A stretch of DNA of 62,139 bases from an uncultured Clostridia bacterium (lineage in GTDB: Bacteria > Bacillota > Clostridia > TANB77 > CAG-508): NCBI GenBank assembly GCA_934155625.1, contig CAKPHD010000003.1, forward strand, positions 1 through 62,139, in the 5' to 3' direction. Each line of letters opens with the position of its first letter. Position 1 is the first letter of the stretch. The position numbers and the translations under genes were made by a program. Shown here piece by piece: positions 57,446-62,139 of this stretch. The notes below the pieces were generated by a model that searched no databases, had not been told where the DNA came from, and saw only the letters and a program-made list of their open reading frames with translations.

Positions 57446-60400
57446 TTAGGATTTCTTTTCTATTTTATCTTTCTTTTCTAATGACTTCTCATTCTCCTTT
57501 TGTAAAACCTTTTTTTCTTTCTGTTTAACCTTTAAATTATCTTTAGCAACAGTCATAAGAAGTTTAATTCTATTAGTTTGGTTAGCCTCACTAGCGCCAG
57601 GGTCATAATCAACAGGCACAATATTAGCATCAGGATATGTATCTCTTATAGTTTTAATTACACCTTTACCAACAACATGGTTTGGCAAACATGCAAATGG
57701 TTGAACACAAACTATATTTTGAATACCATTTTCCATATATTCAAGCATTTCTGCTGTTAGGAACCAACCTTCACCTGTCTGGTTTCCTGTTGATAAAACT
57801 GATTGAACATTATCTGCTAAATGCCAAATATCACAAGTTGGCAAATATCCTTTTTTAGATTTTTCCAATGCTTTTTTCGCATCTTTTTCAAACAAATTAA
57901 TCAATTTTATTCCTGTTTGAGATATTATAGACTTCATTTGTCTTCCTTTAAGCAATCTATTCGCTATTACACCATTTGCAGTAACATATTTAACAAATCC
58001 CATAAAGTCTGGAAGCACTACTTCTGCTCCTTCTTTTTCTAATAAATTTGCTACATAATTATTTCCAAATGGATGATATTTTATCAAGATTTCTCCAACA
58101 ATTCCAACCTTTGGCTTTTCTTGGTTTGCATTCCATTCAATTTTTTCAAAGTCCTCTACCATTTGATATATTCCAGCAGAAAATTCTTTTGCACTACTCT
58201 TTATTGCAAGCTTGATAGCTTTTTCCATCCACTCATTAAATAATTTCTCTGTCTCACCTTTATTTTTTTCATATGCCCTATTTTTATAAAGCATCTTCTG
58301 TAATAAATCTGCTAATACCATGGCTTTTATAAGCTTTTCTGCTAATGAAATAGTTAACTTAAATCCAGGATTTTTTTCCATTCCTACAACATTAAATGAG
58401 ATTACTGGTACTTGTTCAAATCCTGCATCTTTCAATGCTTTACGAATAAATCCTATATAATTTGTAGCTCTACAACCTCCACCTGTTTGAGACATTATTA
58501 ATGCAGTTTTATTTACATCATATTCTCCAGATTCTAATGCTTCTACCATTTGCCCTGTTGTAATAATTGATGGGTAGCATGCATCATTATTTACATATTT
58601 TAATCCTGTTTCTATAGTATGAGGTGTACATTCTCTTAAAAGTTTGGCTTTATATCCTTCACTTTGTAATACTGGCTCGATAAAGTCAAAATGAATTGGT
58701 GCCATTTGTGGTATTAATATTACATATTCTTTTTTCATTTCTTCTGTAAATGAATTTCTCTTTAAATAATATTCTCCATTTTCCTTCTCATCTTTTTTAG
58801 AATTTAAACGTTTATTTATACTTGCTAATAATGAACGTAAACGAATTCTTACAGCTCCAAGATTATTTACTTCATCAATTTTTATTAATGTGTACATTTT
58901 TCCAAAGCTTGTTAAAATTTCTTCAACCTCATCTGTTGTTACAGCATCAACTCCACATCCAAATGAATTTATTTGCACTAATTCTAAGTTATCATGTCTA
59001 CCAACAAAATCTGCTGCTGCATATAATCTAGAATGGAACATCCATTGGTCAACAACACGAAGTGGTCTTTCTGGTAATGTTTTATCTGCAACACTGTCTT
59101 CTGTTAATACACACATTCCTAAACTTGTAATTAATGTATCAATTCCATGGTTTATTTCAGGGTCTATATGATATGGTCTACCTGATAAAACAATTCCTCT
59201 CAAATTATTTTTTTCAATATATTCAACTGTTTCTTTTCCTTTATTATGAATATCTTCTCTGCATTTTTGATATTCTACTTGAGCCTTTTCTATTGCAGTT
59301 TTTAATTCTTTTCTAGTGAACTTGTATTCTTCAAATTCTGGCAGTTCCATCATTCTTTTTAATAATGCTTTAGATTCAAATGGTAAAAATGGATTCATAA
59401 ATTTTATATCATCTGCTTTTAATTCTTCTACATTATTTTTTAGTACTTCTGAATATGAAATTACTATTGGACAATTATATCTGTTATTTGCATCTTGATA
59501 TTCTTTTCTTGAATATGGCATACAAGGATAAAATATTGTTTTTATTCCTTTTTGTATTAAACTTATAACATGTCCATGTGATAATTTAGCTGGATAACAT
59601 ACTGATTCTGAAGGCATTGATTCAATACCTTTTTCATATATCTTTCTTGTACTTTTTTCTGATATTATTACTCTAAATCCCAGATTTGTGAATAATGTAA
59701 ACCAGAATGGATAATCTTCATACATATTTAAAACTCTTGGTATTCCAATCGTTCCTCTAGGTGCATCTTTTTCTTCTAATGGTGTGTAATCAAAAATTCT
59801 TTCATATTTGTATTTTACAAGGTTTGGTAAATCTTTGTGTTCATTTACTATTCCTTCTCCTTTTTCACATCTGTTTCCAGATATATGTCTTTTTCCATTA
59901 CTAAATCTATTTATTGTTAATTGACAATGGTTTTCACATCCATTGCATCTTGTATGTGTTACTTTTATGTCTAATTTGTCAATTTCTTCTATTGTTGCAA
60001 GTGTTGAATGATATTCCATATCCATATTTGCTTCATATTGTTCACATGCAAGCAATGCCATTCCATATGCTCCCATAAGTCCTGCAATGTCTGGTCTTAT
60101 AACATTTCTTCCAACTATCAATTCAAATGCTCTTAATACTGCTTCATTATAAAAAGTTCCACCTTGTACAACGATATGACTTCCTAATTTTTTTACATCT
60201 CTTATTTTCATTACTTTTTGAATTGCATTTTTTATTACTGAATATGATAGTCCTGCTGATATGTCTCCTACTGAATATCCTTCTTTTTGGGCTTGTTTTA
60301 TTTTAGAATTCATAAACACTGTACATCTTGATCCTAAGTCTACTGGATTTTGGGCTTCTAATGCTTCTTTTACAAATTCTTCTATACTTAAATTTAAGCT

Positions 60401-61774
60401 TTTTGCAAATGTCTCAATAAATGATCCACATCCTGATGAACATGCTTCGTTTAGCATGATATTATCAATTGTCTTATTTTTTAATTTGATATATTTCATG
60501 TCTTGTCCACCAATATCAACAATGCTTGTTACTTTTGGTTCAAATTTCTTTGCTGCCGTATAATGTGCTATTGTTTCTATCTCATTTAAGTCTACATTTA
60601 ATGCTGTTTGTATTAATTTTTCTCCATATCCTGTAACTCCACTATAACGTATTACTGCATCTTTTGGCATAACAGAATATAGTTTTTTTAGCATCTCAAT
60701 AATGCTTTCAAGTGGTTTTCCACCATTTCCTTGATATGCTGAATACAATAATGCTCCATCTCTATCTGTCACAACCAATTTTGATGTTGTTGAACCTGCA
60801 TCTATTCCTATAAAACAATCTCCTTTATGTTCTGATAAAGGCTTTTTTTCTACTTTGTCTTTGTCATGTCTTGTTTTAAATTCTTCATATTCCGCATTTG
60901 TTGTAAATAACGGCTTTAGTGGTTGTGTTGTTGTATCATGAGATTGTCTTAATACTTGTATCTTGCTTTTTAATTTTTCCACACTAATTGGGTTCATGTC
61001 TTTTGCATCTAAACAAGCACCTTTTGCAACTAATAAGTGTGCTTCTTCTGGTACTATAGTTTGTTCTGGTGTTAAGTGTAATGTTTCTACAAATCTTTTT
61101 CTTAGTTCTGGCAAATATGTAAGTGGACCACCTAAAAATGCTACATTTCCTCTAATTGGCCTTCCACAAGCTAGACCTGATATTGTTTGATTTACAACTG
61201 CCTGTAAAATAGATACAGCTATATCTTCTTTTGCTGCACCTTCATTTAATAATGGTTGTACATCAGTTTTTGCAAAAACTCCACATCTTGAAGCTATTGG
61301 ATATATTGTTTGATATCCTTTTGCTAATTCATTTAAACCTGCTGTGTCTGTATTTAATAATGATGCCATTTGATCCAAAAATGCACCTGTTCCACCAGCA
61401 CATGTTCCATTCATACGTTGTTCTATTGATTTTCCAAAATATATTATTTTAGCATCTTCTCCGCCAAGTTCTATTACTACATCAGTTTGTGGTATATATC
61501 TCTCTACTGCTCTTTTACATGCTACTACTTCTTGAATAAATGGTACATCTAAAAATCTTGCTGTACTCATTGCCCCTGAACCTGTTAATGCTATTGTAAA
61601 TTGTTTGTCTTTATATTTTTCTACTAATTCTTCTAGTACCTTACATACAGTATTTTTTGTATCTGAATAATGTCTTTCATATGATGTATATATTTCTTCT
61701 AAATTTTCATTCATTACTGCTATTTTTACTGTTGTTGAACCTACGTCCATTCCTATATGTACTATTTTACTCAT
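57446..61774 (-). CDS. acyl-CoA dehydratase activase-related giant protein (two BadF/BadG/BcrA/BcrD ATPase domains + DUF2229-type C-terminal region)
   Basis: About 1442 aa from the ATG at 61774. Two actin-fold activase modules (HIGMDVGSTTVKIA; FIGIDAGSTTSKLV), a Cys cluster CNGCENHCQL, and a long CoA-enzyme-activase C-terminal part. The track start at 61849 is a TTG without an RBS. Confidence 0.8.
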   Translation of the reverse strand: MSKIVHIGMDVGSTTVKIAVMNENLEEIYTSYERHYSDTKNTVCKVLEELVEKYKDKQFTIALTGSGAMSTARFLDVPFIQEVVACKRAVERYIPQTDVVIELGGEDAKIIYFGKSIEQRMNGTCAGGTGAFLDQMASLLNTDTAGLNELAKGYQTIYPIASRCGVFAKTDVQPLLNEGAAKEDIAVSILQAVVNQTISGLACGRPIRGNVAFLGGPLTYLPELRKRFVETLHLTPEQTIVPEEAHLLVAKGACLDAKDMNPISVEKLKSKIQVLRQSHDTTTQPLKPLFTTNAEYEEFKTRHDKDKVEKKPLSEHKGDCFIGIDAGSTTSKLVVTDRDGALLYSAYQGNGGKPLESIIEMLKKLYSVMPKDAVIRYSGVTGYGEKLIQTALNVDLNEIETIAHYTAAKKFEPKVTSIVDIGGQDMKYIKLKNKTIDNIMLNEACSSGCGSFIETFAKSLNLSIEEFVKEALEAQNPVDLGSRCTVFMNSKIKQAQKEGYSVGDISAGLSYSVIKNAIQKVMKIRDVKKLGSHIVVQGGTFYNEAVLRAFELIVGRNVIRPDIAGLMGAYGMALLACEQYEANMDMEYHSTLATIEEIDKLDIKVTHTRCNGCENHCQLTINRFSNGKRHISGNRCEKGEGIVNEHKDLPNLVKYKYERIFDYTPLEEKDAPRGTIGIPRVLNMYEDYPFWFTLFTNLGFRVIISEKSTRKIYEKGIESMPSESVCYPAKLSHGHVISLIQKGIKTIFYPCMPYSRKEYQDANNRYNCPIVISYSEVLKNNVEELKADDIKFMNPFLPFESKALLKRMMELPEFEEYKFTRKELKTAIEKAQVEYQKCREDIHNKGKETVEYIEKNNLRGIVLSGRPYHIDPEINHGIDTLITSLGMCVLTEDSVADKTLPERPLRVVDQWMFHSRLYAAADFVGRHDNLELVQINSFGCGVDAVTTDEVEEILTSFGKMYTLIKIDEVNNLGAVRIRLRSLLASINKRLNSKKDEKENGEYYLKRNSFTEEMKKEYVILIPQMAPIHFDFIEPVLQSEGYKAKLLRECTPHTIETGLKYVNNDACYPSIITTGQMVEALESGEYDVNKTALIMSQTGGGCRATNYIGFIRKALKDAGFEQVPVISFNVVGMEKNPGFKLTISLAEKLIKAMVLADLLQKMLYKNRAYEKNKGETEKLFNEWMEKAIKLAIKSSAKEFSAGIYQMVEDFEKIEWNANQEKPKVGIVGEILIKYHPFGNNYVANLLEKEGAEVVLPDFMGFVKYVTANGVIANRLLKGRQMKSIISQTGIKLINLFEKDAKKALEKSKKGYLPTCDIWHLADNVQSVLSTGNQTGEGWFLTAEMLEYMENGIQNIVCVQPFACLPNHVVGKGVIKTIRDTYPDANIVPVDYDPGASEANQTNRIKLLMTVAKDNLKVKQKEKKVLQKENEKSLEKKDKIEKKS

Positions 61775-61965
61775 ATTTTTCTCATTCCTTATCCTTAAAC
61801 ATTTTTCAATTCTTTGGGCTAATATATCATAATTGTTAATTTTTTTCAAGTTATCAAAACTCGATTTTATTATACAAAATAATTGTGAACAAATTGTGAA
61901 TTTGACATTTTTATGTTAAATGTGGTACAATTTATAAGAATAAACATCTTAAGGAGGATACACCA

Positions 61966-62073
61966 ATGTACAAAAGAAATATTAGCAAAAGGGAAAAAGC
62001 GGAACAGGCATTTAATTATGCTCGTGCAATAATCGTAAGTATTTGCATTTTAATTTTACTTTTTTCTTGTTAG
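61966..62073 (+). CDS. 35-aa small membrane protein
   Basis: AAGGAGG RBS 7 nt upstream. MYKRNISKREKAEQAFNYARAIIVSICILILLFSC*. Followed by the terminator AAAAAAGCTACCT-ATATTA-AGGTAGCTTTTTT (about 62082-62114). Confidence 0.5.
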   Translation: MYKRNISKREKAEQAFNYARAIIVSICILILLFSC

Positions 62074-62139
62074 TATATTTCAAAAAAGCTACCTATATTA
62101 AGGTAGCTTTTTTATATAGTAGGAAAGTTCTCCTTGTAG

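Overview
This is a low-GC (about 28-31% by eye) chromosomal segment from a spore-forming, Clostridia-like Firmicute, judged from spoVT, cotJABC and a ytvI-like gene. It holds about 50 confident protein genes, most on the minus strand. Backbone genes: hpf (partial), mutS2, spoVT, ssrA/tmRNA, a TetR + YhgE/Pip pair, clpB, tRNA-Tyr and tRNA-CAT, cotJABC, tsaC, secA, guaA, murD, clpX-clpP-tig, metG, the rimP-nusA-ylxR-infB-rbfA-nrnA-truB operon, asd-dapA and a ~1440-aa BadF/BcrA-type activase. Seven things go beyond the gene list. (1) A REP-like repeat family with an invariant GC-rich 12-mer (GGGACCGGTTCT) has 18 units at 10 intergenic loci, mostly as doublets that act as terminator-like hairpins. 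One doublet sits inside the clpB leader. (2) Two copies of a ~170-190 bp long-hairpin element (29619-29808 and 43724-43908) show fully compensated helix changes between copies. They are either an unassigned structured RNA or a MITE. (3) A textbook-looking invertible promoter candidate (18-bp perfect inverted repeats around a 160-bp segment carrying TTGATA-17-TATAAT) lies directly upstream of two tandem paralogous membrane-anchored FGE-sulfatase-domain proteins. (4) A self-contained two-gene cassette, with its own promoter and terminator, encodes a beta-CASP metallo-beta-lactamase nuclease and a ClpX paralogue that lacks the zinc-finger domain. (5) A 24-bp perfect inverted repeat encloses a GC-richer 100-bp core between two tiny ORFs. 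(6) The accessory stretch next to the tmRNA gene carries a DnaB-C-terminal-domain fusion protein and all three frameshifted genes seen in the window. (7) Two fusion or outlier genes stand out: MATE + cytidylate-kinase-like, and a higher-GC P-loop kinase. No CRISPR array, transposase, integrase or rRNA was seen. All functional calls come from motif recognition by eye, not from database searches.
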